Source: an uncultured bacterium (GTDB lineage Bacteria; Oederibacteriota; Oederibacteriia; Oederibacteriales; Oederibacteriaceae). From it: DNA of 64,000 nucleotides. Below, piece by piece: positions 43,582 to 51,810 of this stretch (positions are counted from its first letter, which is position 1; every line of letters begins with the position of its first letter). The stretch is taken from positions 2,528,001 through 2,592,000 of the forward strand of contig OZ218778.1 in NCBI GenBank assembly GCA_965112635.1, read 5' to 3'. Made by a program: the position numbers and the translations under genes. The notes below the pieces were generated by a model, which was given only the letters and a program-made list of their open reading frames with translations, was not told the DNA's origin and made no database searches.

Positions 43582-44324
43582 CAAAACCCTCCGCTGCCGC
43601 TTCCAAAACGCCGCCACTCCTCGGAACCGTGGGCCCTGCGCCTGCCGCCGGAAAGGTCGAAGATCCTCTCCCATTCCTCCCCCAAGACCATCCACTCTTC
43701 GTCCGTGTAGGGGGAAACTCTTGCCCGCGGCATAAAGACCGTATTAGACCGGGCAAAGGTGATGAACCGGCCATCGTCCATCCTGAGGCCGATCTCCGCG
43801 CAATAATGCCTCTCCTGGAGGGATATGCGGTAATACCAGTTATTAATCAATCCGTCCACTTCCACGTCATTGTAACCGTGGGCGTTGGAGCCGTTAAAAT
43901 CAATGTCGGTAACGTCATAGACCCTGAGCACCAGCTTGTAACCCTGGCCCTGGTTCTGGCGCAGGGTGGTTTCCCACCGGCCCTGGGTGATCTCCCAGTA
44001 GCTGTAGATCCAATCCGGGTCGCGGGGAAGCAGTACCAGCCTTTCCTCGCCATAACCCTGCGGCAGAGCATATTTCTCTTCCTGCCTTTGCGGCCTGTGG
44101 TGCTTTGGAGGTTCCGTGGATGAGGGAAAGGCCGGGGCTTTTGTTTCGGGTTCAGTAGATTTGGGGGCAACAACCTTACGACGCTTGGCCGTTGCCTTTA
44201 GCCGGGCTACTTTCTGGCTCACTTGCTCTTTGACTTTCTTTAGGACCGTGGCTCCGGCTTTCTTGACAGTCTTTTTGAGTTTTTCCACTTTTTCTGAAGC
44301 CTTCGATGTCTTCTTAACGGGCAT
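43581..44324 (-). CDS. DUF4912 domain protein
   Basis: Lys-rich N-terminus then LPQGYGE.RLVLLPRDP.W.Y.YWEI, LRVYDVT, WY and ARSN. Confidence 0.85.
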   Translation of the reverse strand: MPVKKTSKASEKVEKLKKTVKKAGATVLKKVKEQVSQKVARLKATAKRRKVVAPKSTEPETKAPAFPSSTEPPKHHRPQRQEEKYALPQGYGEERLVLLPRDPDWIYSYWEITQGRWETTLRQNQGQGYKLVLRVYDVTDIDFNGSNAHGYNDVEVDGLINNWYYRISLQERHYCAEIGLRMDDGRFITFARSNTVFMPRARVSPYTDEEWMVLGEEWERIFDLSGGRRRAHGSEEWRRFGSGSGGF

Positions 44325-44343
44325 GGCAACCTCCGATCAGCAA

Positions 44344-44613
44344 CTATTTTTCTTCTTCTTTTTCTTCAGCCGGTTCTGTTCTAGCCTTGGAGACTCTGGT
44401 CTCCTTCTCGTTGACTTCTACCTTGAATTCTCCCAGGGCAAACTCTTCCAGGGCGATGGAAGTCGGCTTGAGGGCCTTGGTCTGAATCAGAACTAGCGCG
44501 CCGTCATTGATCTGCCTCGCCCTTCTAGAGGCCATCATAGCCAGGCGGTATTTACTCTCGGCGTTTCCAATGGTCTCTTCGATCTCCTTATGTCTTGTGG
44601 GCACCTTTTCCAT
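44344..44613 (-). CDS. rpoZ: RNA polymerase omega subunit
   Basis: SKYRLAMMASRRARQI...KPTSIALEE; strong SD AAGGAGG. Confidence 0.88.
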   Translation of the reverse strand: MEKVPTRHKEIEETIGNAESKYRLAMMASRRARQINDGALVLIQTKALKPTSIALEEFALGEFKVEVNEKETRVSKARTEPAEEKEEEK

Positions 44614-44725
44614 CCTCCTTATATTTAATAAATCAGCTCAAACTGCCTTAAAACAATATAACACTTTGGTTAGAATTTCGAACATTTTTTCAGGGTGTAA
44701 CGGCCTGCCGGCGTGTATAAAAACC

Positions 44726-45175
44726 CTATTTCTTAAGCCCCTGGACTTCATTCATAAATTCATTGATGTCCTTAAACTGCTTGTAAACCGAAGCGAAGCG
44801 CACATAAGCCACTTCATCTAACTCCCTCAATTTACTAATGACCCATTCACCGATCACCTGGGCGGCCACCTCTTTGTCCGGATTGGCCTGGAGCTGCCGT
44901 TCGATCTCGTCCACCACGGCTTCCAGTTTCTCGGTGGAAACAGGTCTTTTTTCACAGGCCCGCCTTAGCCCGCTCAGGATCTTGTTGCGGTCAAAAGGCT
45001 CCCGGCGTCCGTCCTTTTTTACGACAACGGGAAGTTTTTCCTCGATCTGCTCGTAGGTGGTAAACCGTTTGCCGCACTTCAGGCACTCCCGTCTCCGCCG
45101 GATGGAATCCCCTTCCTTGCTGGACCGGGAATCAATGACCTTATCTTCACTGTAATGGCAAAAAGGACAACGCAC
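44726..45175 (-). CDS. nrdR: Transcriptional repressor NrdR
   Basis: MRCPFC...DSR...[18 protein letters not shown], an ATP-cone domain, and [10 protein letters not shown]. Confidence 0.97.
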   Translation of the reverse strand: MRCPFCHYSEDKVIDSRSSKEGDSIRRRRECLKCGKRFTTYEQIEEKLPVVVKKDGRREPFDRNKILSGLRRACEKRPVSTEKLEAVVDEIERQLQANPDKEVAAQVIGEWVISKLRELDEVAYVRFASVYKQFKDINEFMNEVQGLKK

Positions 45176-45187
45176 GGGAACCCCCGC

Positions 45188-47470
45188 TTAACCCTTGCTC
45201 AGGGTCTTTAAATAGTATTTGGCTGTCGAGTTGTTCGGATTGATCTTCAATACGGCCTCCATCTCGTGGAGGGCCGACGCGGTATCGTGAAGCTTGAGGT
45301 ACACCAGACCCAGATTTAAATGGCCTTCTTCGTACCCGTCATCGATCGCCAGCGCCGCCTGGAACTCATCCCGGCACTTGGGGTACTGTCCCTTGCTCAT
45401 GAAAGCAACGCCCAAATTGCTGTGGGCATGCGCCTGCTCGTAGACGTTCCCGTACCAGTCCTTATCACCGTAGAGCGACTCGGAAAGCAGGTTGATGGCC
45501 TGGTCTGTCTGTTTCCTGACCACGGCGACATAACCCTCGTAAGCGTAAGGCACGGCGAACTGGGGATACTTGTCGCAGCAATCTTTGCTATAAGCGTAGG
45601 CCTCGTCCATCCTGTTCATGCTCATGTAACCGCTGGCCAGGTCCAGGATGAAATAGGCGTTATTGGGATCCAGGCTGATGGCTTTTTTATAATTGACCTC
45701 GGCGTCTGAGAATTTGGATCTGTCAAAGATCTCGGAATAGAATTTCTCCGCCCGGGCCAGGTTGCTGTAGTTGTAGCCATTGTAGGGATTGAGCCGGATG
45801 GTTTCAGCATAAATGTCCATGGCCTTTTGGAGAAATTCCCGGCGGTCGTTGGGTATATAGAGGGCGGACCGTTCATAGGTCAGCCCCTGCTTGACACGGT
45901 AGATCTCCATATACGGGTTCAGTTCCACGGCCCTCTGATGCAGCTGCATGGATTCCCGCAGGTACTCTTCCCCGCCATGGCTGAAAAATTCATTGCCCAA
46001 TTTGTGATAAGCGTCGGCCGTCCAAAAATTCCAGGTGTACTTAAAGCCGAAAAACACCAGGGCCAAGAAAACCAGGTACACGCCGGTCGTCATGAACCCC
46101 TTGGTGAACTTGAGGATATAATGGGTTTTGGGAAGCGGCGCCTCAGGCACATTGGCCACAATGCGGCTCAAAACTGCGATAATCCCCAAAGCGGTCCAAA
46201 ACTGCATCCCCAGCGAAACCACCGTAAAACTAAAACAGTTCTGCCATAGGAAAGCCAGCACCAGTACCATAAAGGCGAAACACAAATGCTTTTTTTCCAT
46301 TTCGCGGGTCTTTTTCATGGTCCTCCAGCCCAAGGTGAAAAGGACGGCCAGGATCCACAGGACCATCCCCAGTCCCAGCAACCCGCTGGTCGTGGCGGTC
46401 TGAAAGAACTCATTGTGGGCCTTTTCCGGGGTGCCGTTCCATTCCACCTTCCAGTAACCCAAAGGCCTGTATTCCGGGAAGATGATTTGGAAAGTGTCCA
46501 GTCCGGTCCCCAGGATGGGATAATCCCGGATGATCTCGCAGGCAGCCGTCCAAATGTACCGCCGGGGGATCTTGGTCAGGCCGTCGTAGGTCATGGTTTG
46601 TTTGAACCGCTGGTTTAGCGCCACCATGCTCGAGGAAAATATGGGCCAGACCGCGAAGAACACGAAGAGGACCACGGCCATGATGAGCCATTTCCTGTTC
46701 TCCTTGAGCAGGGTACCCCGATGGACCGTGTCCCAGACAAAGAAGACGACCCCTCCGACCAGATACAGGAAGAAAAAGAATCCCGATGACCTGGTCTCCG
46801 TGGTCAGAATGGAAAGCCCCATGATGCCGATGCTCAAACCCAGCAAAAACTTCAAGACGGTCCGGTGCGTCTGGATGAGCATGACGGCGACAACAGGGAC
46901 GATCATGATAAGGTAGGCCGCCAGGAACACAGGATTGCCCAGGGTGGAGAAATTGCGGGTCCTGATGATGGAATAGGGGTTCCACGGCACGGGGTCCATG
47001 TCCAGCCTTTGCAGGATACCGTAAAAAGTGACCAGGCCGGCGGCCAGGATCATGACGGAGATGACCGCGTAAACTCTCCGCATCGTTTTGACCTCGCTGA
47101 CGATAAAGTAAAAGAAGATGATGTAGTGGGCGATCACGATCAGCCCGAAATAGTTCTCGTACTGGCCGAAGATGCTGGTATACCGCTCGATCGAGAAGAG
47201 GGTGGCCAGCAGGGCGGCCAGAAAATACCCCAGCAGGGGTGCGTCGAACGGCGTTTTGGCCAGATCGATCTGCTGCGAAAAGTAAGCGCGGGTAGCCCAG
47301 GCGGCCAGCATCAGTAGGGTGACGACACGGAAGAACATCACCTTATTGGTCTCGAACACGTCGTTGCACATGGTCAGGAAAAGAAGCGGGACCATAAAGA
47401 TGCAAAGGATCAGGCCGAACCAGATGATCTTATTGCAGATATTGATGATTCCCGCGTTAGGTTTATTCAT
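45188..47470 (-). CDS. O-antigen ligase (Wzy_C) family membrane protein with C-terminal TPR repeats
   Basis: STLGNP.FLAAY, R..IW, PILGTGLDTF and AHNEFFQ...GLLG; TPR-like C-terminal third. Confidence 0.88.
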   Translation of the reverse strand: MNKPNAGIINICNKIIWFGLILCIFMVPLLFLTMCNDVFETNKVMFFRVVTLLMLAAWATRAYFSQQIDLAKTPFDAPLLGYFLAALLATLFSIERYTSIFGQYENYFGLIVIAHYIIFFYFIVSEVKTMRRVYAVISVMILAAGLVTFYGILQRLDMDPVPWNPYSIIRTRNFSTLGNPVFLAAYLIMIVPVVAVMLIQTHRTVLKFLLGLSIGIMGLSILTTETRSSGFFFFLYLVGGVVFFVWDTVHRGTLLKENRKWLIMAVVLFVFFAVWPIFSSSMVALNQRFKQTMTYDGLTKIPRRYIWTAACEIIRDYPILGTGLDTFQIIFPEYRPLGYWKVEWNGTPEKAHNEFFQTATTSGLLGLGMVLWILAVLFTLGWRTMKKTREMEKKHLCFAFMVLVLAFLWQNCFSFTVVSLGMQFWTALGIIAVLSRIVANVPEAPLPKTHYILKFTKGFMTTGVYLVFLALVFFGFKYTWNFWTADAYHKLGNEFFSHGGEEYLRESMQLHQRAVELNPYMEIYRVKQGLTYERSALYIPNDRREFLQKAMDIYAETIRLNPYNGYNYSNLARAEKFYSEIFDRSKFSDAEVNYKKAISLDPNNAYFILDLASGYMSMNRMDEAYAYSKDCCDKYPQFAVPYAYEGYVAVVRKQTDQAINLLSESLYGDKDWYGNVYEQAHAHSNLGVAFMSKGQYPKCRDEFQAALAIDDGYEEGHLNLGLVYLKLHDTASALHEMEAVLKINPNNSTAKYYLKTLSKG

Positions 47471-48761
47471 GATGCCCGGGTTTCTCCCATTTTAAAAGCT
47501 CTGTGACGCTGGACAAGGTGCCCCCTTGTTCTATTTCCTTCCGGATCCTGTTCTCGCTTTCCAATACGCCCATGGCCCGGTTGGCCGATTCTACGGCCTT
47601 TTCCCTGGGCACAACCACCACGCCGTCGGCGTCCCCTACGATCCAGTCACCCGGGCAGACCCTCACCCCCGAGATCTTGATCGGCACATTGATCTCTCCA
47701 AACCCTTTGGGCTCACCGGCGGTCGGCATGACGAGCCTGGAAAAGGCGGGCAGGCCCATTTTAAGTAATTCCGGAAGATCACGCAATGCCCCGTCGATCA
47801 CGATCCCCGCCACTTTTTTTTTGAGGGCGGACAGGGTGGCCAGCTCTCCCCAGACAGCCGGGCCCACGCCCCCCGCGTCCACCACGATGACATCCCCGGG
47901 TCGGGCCTTGTCGATGGCTTCCACGGGCTTGGCCCAGTCTCCAGGATAGGTCCTGACGGTCACGGCCGGGCCGGCCATCTTGGCCCCCGCCACCCTGGCG
48001 AGGATATGGGGCAGGTCGCCATGCCGGTGCAGGGCATCGGAAATATTGGCCGTGGAAACTTTCAGGAAAGTGGCTTTTAGCTGGTCTGCTCCCACACGCT
48101 TAAAAAGGTCGGTCTTGATGGCCTTCCTGCTTTTTATCGCTTTGAGTATTATTTTGGCCGCCAGGACCGCGTCCGCTGACTTGTGGATGGCTCCACCCAC
48201 CACGATGATGGAAGCCCCGGCCTGGACAGCCTGGCCGGCTGTCTCCGAGTTGATGCCTCCCGCGGCGGCCACGGGTATCTTGACCGCCCGGCAGACCCCT
48301 TTTAGGGTTTCCCAGGGGTTGGAACCCCGCATCTGCTCGTCAATACCGGTATGGACCCCGATATAATGCACCCCCAGGGACTCCAGCTCTTTCGCCCGTT
48401 GGACCGGGTTGTTGACCTCGATGAGGTCGGCCATGATCTCCACGCCGTAATTTTTCGCTGCCTCCACGCATTCGCCCAGGCAGGCGTCCGAGGATAAAGC
48501 CAGGACTTCCACCACATTGGCCCCCGCCTTAGCCGCGATTTCTACCTCCAGCCTGCCGGCATCGATGGTTTTCATGTCCGCCACCAGGGTCGCTTTGGGG
48601 AACCTTTTCCTCAGCTCGCGGACGATATGCAGGCCTTCCGCCTTTATAAGAGGGGTCCCGGCCTCCAGCCAGGTTACTCCGCCTTTCACCGCTTCTTCAG
48701 CGCATTTAATAGCCCTGTGGCTGTCCACAAAATCAAGGGCCAGCTGTAACACCGGTTCCAT
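47463..48761 (-). CDS. hxlA: 3-hexulose-6-phosphate synthase fused to an RraA/HMG-aldolase-like domain
   Basis: LQLALDF, EAGTPLIKAEG and ADMKTIDAG (HPS/OMPDC barrel); C-terminal STANISDAL, GPAVTV, VWGEL and DGALRD (RraA fold). Confidence 0.85.
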   Translation of the reverse strand: MEPVLQLALDFVDSHRAIKCAEEAVKGGVTWLEAGTPLIKAEGLHIVRELRKRFPKATLVADMKTIDAGRLEVEIAAKAGANVVEVLALSSDACLGECVEAAKNYGVEIMADLIEVNNPVQRAKELESLGVHYIGVHTGIDEQMRGSNPWETLKGVCRAVKIPVAAAGGINSETAGQAVQAGASIIVVGGAIHKSADAVLAAKIILKAIKSRKAIKTDLFKRVGADQLKATFLKVSTANISDALHRHGDLPHILARVAGAKMAGPAVTVRTYPGDWAKPVEAIDKARPGDVIVVDAGGVGPAVWGELATLSALKKKVAGIVIDGALRDLPELLKMGLPAFSRLVMPTAGEPKGFGEINVPIKISGVRVCPGDWIVGDADGVVVVPREKAVESANRAMGVLESENRIRKEIEQGGTLSSVTELLKWEKPGHHE

Positions 48762-48899
48762 GGAACTTTGCGCTCCTTTTTAAACTAGAAATACAAACTG
48801 GTTAAGTATAACATAGCTGAGAAAACTAAGGTATAATAAGGCGTTTTAGATTTTCTCTGTTGTGGATTTTCAAAGACTTTTCAAGGGAGGAGAGCGGAA

Positions 48900-49577
48900 A
48901 TGAAAATGAATTATTTAGCGGTTCTTTTGGTTTGCTTGAGCCTGCTCCTGGCCACTTCGGCGCTTTTTGCCAAAGCCGTCAAAAAGGAACCTGGCTATTA
49001 CGCCACCTTTAGCATCAAAGGTTTTCAGAAAGGCAAGATAGTCTGCAAACTTTACGACAAGGATGCCCCCTTGACCGTGGCTAATTTTATAGGTTTGGCC
49101 CAGGGCACCCAGTCTTTTATGGACCCCGTGAGCGGTAATAAGAAGAAGGGCCGTTTCTACAACGGCTTGATCTTTCACAGGATCATCCCGAGTTTTATGA
49201 TCCAGGGTGGCGACCCCACAGGCACCGGCAGGGGCGGCCCGGGCTATCAATTTGAGGATGAATTCGCCATCAAAGTCGGCGACCAGGTCAGGGTAACCAG
49301 CACCATAACGGGCAAACAAGAGCTGGACTCCCTGGTCCATACTTTCAACGAGCCCGGCATGCTGGCCATGGCCAACTCGGGTCCGGGGACCAACGGCTCC
49401 CAATTTTTTATCACAATGGTACCCACACCCTGGCTGAACGGCCACCACACCATTTTTGGCGAGGTTGTGGAAGGCTTGGACTTGGTCAAAAAACTTAGCA
49501 CTGTTCAGCGGGACGCCAACGACAAACCTCTGGTTTCGGTGATCCTCGATAAGGTAACCATTGAAAAGGTAAAATAA
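48900..49577 (+). CDS. Exported cyclophilin-type peptidyl-prolyl isomerase
   Basis: Signal peptide; FHRIIPSFMIQGGDPTGTGRGGPGY, LAMANSGPGTNGSQFFIT and WLNGHHTIFG. Confidence 0.95.
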   Translation: MKMNYLAVLLVCLSLLLATSALFAKAVKKEPGYYATFSIKGFQKGKIVCKLYDKDAPLTVANFIGLAQGTQSFMDPVSGNKKKGRFYNGLIFHRIIPSFMIQGGDPTGTGRGGPGYQFEDEFAIKVGDQVRVTSTITGKQELDSLVHTFNEPGMLAMANSGPGTNGSQFFITMVPTPWLNGHHTIFGEVVEGLDLVKKLSTVQRDANDKPLVSVILDKVTIEKVK

Positions 49578-49608
49578 CCCCAGACCGAGGGCCTTGTTTT
49601 ACATTGGC

Positions 49609-49754
49609 AGGTGGGCCTGTCTCGCCGCTCTAGGTGGACTTGTCTCACCGTTCTAGGTGGACTTGTCTCACCGCTCTAGGTGGACTTGTCTCACCGCTCT
49701 AGGTGGACTTGTCTCACCGTTCTAGGTGGACTTGTCTCGCCGCTCGAGGTGGAC
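49609..49754. repeat. 23-bp tandem repeat, about 6.3 copies (consensus AGGTGGACTTGTCTCACCGCTCT)
   Basis: Units start at 49609, 49632, 49655, 49678, 49701 and 49724, with a partial unit at 49747. There are no spacers, and the rightmost units are the 3' end of mscS. Confidence 0.95.
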
Positions 49755-50738
49755 GACCTGCTGGGGATAGGGAATGGTAATACCTTCTTTTTTAAACCTG
49801 TTGTGCAGCCTCTTGATGAACTCGTGGACCACAGCATAGCGGTCGGCGAACTCTTTAGCCTTGAGGACGACCGTGTATTGGATGGCGGATTCTCCGAAAG
49901 TGTGAAAGTTCACGACTGGCTTGAAATCAGGCACCCCTCCGGGCACATCCTTCATCACTTCCTCTGCCACTAGGACCGTCGCCATCTCCACCTTGTCCAG
50001 GTCGCTGTCGTAGGAGACCCCCAGCTGGACCGGGACCGTGACCAGTTGGTCCGGAAAATGAAAATTGGTCACGATCGCCTGGGAAAGCCGGTTATTGGGG
50101 ATGATGATGATGTTACCCGACAGCTCCTCCATCCTGCAGGAACGCCAGCCCACATCCACGACATACCCCTCCTGCCCAGACTCCAGCTTGATGTAGTCTC
50201 CGACGCGGATCTGCCGGTTGAGGATGATGTAAAACCCTGAGAACATGTTGGAAAGGGTGTCCTGCAAAGCCAGGGCGATGGCCAGGGAACTGACCCCCAG
50301 GGCGGTCAGGATGGGCGTGATGGCGATGCCTAGGCTGGAAAGGACGATCAAACCGCCCAGGCACAGCACCCCCACCCGGACGAAGATCTTGACCAGGCTG
50401 GCGGTGGACACATCCAGGGAGACCAGACCGCTGTAAAACTGCATCAGGCGGGCGGCGTAATCGGAAACGGCGAACGACAGTGAAAAAACGAACAAGATCA
50501 CGGCCGTTTTTTCCAGGATATCCAGCTGCTCCGGGCTGAAGCGGCTCAGATGGGCGGCCGCCATGGCCCCCAGCAGCATGAACCAAAAAGGCAGGTGGAA
50601 CTTGAGCGAAGGCAGGACAAAATCGCCGGTCTTGGCTTTGGTCTGGGAAGAGACTTTTTTGAGCCAGGCAAAGGCGAGGATGCCGACGGCCAGACCACCC
50701 AAGCCGGCCAGGACCAGGGTAACAGTTGTTTTTAACAT
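49722..50738 (-). CDS. mscS: Small-conductance mechanosensitive channel
   Basis: LGVSSLAIALALQDTLSNMFSG, VGDYI, GYVVDVGWR, IIPNN and GITIPYPQ. Confidence 0.93.
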   Translation of the reverse strand: MLKTTVTLVLAGLGGLAVGILAFAWLKKVSSQTKAKTGDFVLPSLKFHLPFWFMLLGAMAAAHLSRFSPEQLDILEKTAVILFVFSLSFAVSDYAARLMQFYSGLVSLDVSTASLVKIFVRVGVLCLGGLIVLSSLGIAITPILTALGVSSLAIALALQDTLSNMFSGFYIILNRQIRVGDYIKLESGQEGYVVDVGWRSCRMEELSGNIIIIPNNRLSQAIVTNFHFPDQLVTVPVQLGVSYDSDLDKVEMATVLVAEEVMKDVPGGVPDFKPVVNFHTFGESAIQYTVVLKAKEFADRYAVVHEFIKRLHNRFKKEGITIPYPQQVVHLERRDKST

Positions 50739-50751
50739 GGGCCTCCCTTGA

Positions 50752-51777
50752 CTACTGCTGCACTTCCTGCAGGCGCCCGAATTGGTGGTAACGCCGGGCC
50801 TGCTTTTGTCCCCGGCTGTCGTTGATATTCTCCAGCGCCCCTGCGGCCTGGTCGTTCACGTCCGGATCCGGGTCGCTTAGGAGATGGATCAGGGCGTTGA
50901 CCACGACTTTGGTCTTGATGCCCAGCTTTCCCTTTTTCAATTCGGCCACGTTGGCGATGATCTTGCAGGTCTCGCTCCTGACCTCAGGGTTATCGTTCTG
51001 AGTGGCTTTGATCAGGCTGTCAAAGGTCTTGGGGTCCACCACCAGGGGCAGCAGGATGGGAGTGCAGGTAGGGATGGGTTTAACTGCTTTTTTGCCTTTT
51101 TTCTTTCCTTTTGGCGCGGCCGGGACGACCACCTTGTTCTTCTTCCCTTTAGTAAGCACGGGGGTCTGGGTCGGGCTGGGGGTTATGGTAGGCGTCTGGG
51201 TCATGACCTCGTTTTTCAAGATACTTTTGACGGTCTTGATGGCCTGGAGCCTGAAGTCCCTGTCGTCATCGTTGAGGAAGCCGAAGATTTCAGGCAGAGA
51301 AGCTTTGGCCCTGGGGCCTAGGTTTTCCAGCGCCTCCAGCGTCCGCATGCGCACATCCGCGCTGGAGTCACCCAGGCATTTGCGCAGGGCCAGGACCACC
51401 CTGGGCTCCGGCTCACCGATATTGCCGAGGGCTTCCACGGCCCTGAACCTGACCAAAAGGTGCCTGTCCTCGATATACCTGAGCAACAGAGGGATCACGG
51501 CTTTTCCTTCAGGTCCTTTTTTTCCCAGCTCAATGATGGCGCCGGAGACCTTGTCCAAGTCATCGTCGCTCTGTTTTAAATTGTTGGTCAGGACAGGAAG
51601 GCTGTGGCTGGCCTGGAACTGGTCATAACTCCATTTCCAGTAGCCTGCCAGCAAAAGGAGGATAACGCCGAGGATGATGAGGATGGTCCTGGGTCCTGGG
51701 ATGAGCTGCCGGAACCGGGACGGTTTTTGTTCCGCCTGATGGCTTTGCATGGGTCCTTTTTGCTTTACCTCTGGCAT
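50752..51777 (-). CDS. Membrane-anchored HEAT-repeat protein
   Basis: Single TM near the N-terminus; repeats of L.D....VR..A..AL..IG; internal T/P/K-rich spacer. Start taken at ATG 51777. Confidence 0.8.
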   Translation of the reverse strand: MPEVKQKGPMQSHQAEQKPSRFRQLIPGPRTILIILGVILLLLAGYWKWSYDQFQASHSLPVLTNNLKQSDDDLDKVSGAIIELGKKGPEGKAVIPLLLRYIEDRHLLVRFRAVEALGNIGEPEPRVVLALRKCLGDSSADVRMRTLEALENLGPRAKASLPEIFGFLNDDDRDFRLQAIKTVKSILKNEVMTQTPTITPSPTQTPVLTKGKKNKVVVPAAPKGKKKGKKAVKPIPTCTPILLPLVVDPKTFDSLIKATQNDNPEVRSETCKIIANVAELKKGKLGIKTKVVVNALIHLLSDPDPDVNDQAAGALENINDSRGQKQARRYHQFGRLQEVQQ

Positions 51778-51810
51778 TATCACCACCTCCCTTTCAATAC
51801 AAAGATTGTA

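Noticed and set aside
49609-49754. Possible CRISPR array
   Set aside because: The units are contiguous with no unique spacers, derive from the mscS 3' end, and no cas genes are in the window.
49680-49973. 97-aa ORF starting within the tandem repeat
   Set aside because: It is antisense to mscS, and its start codon arises from the repeat unit.
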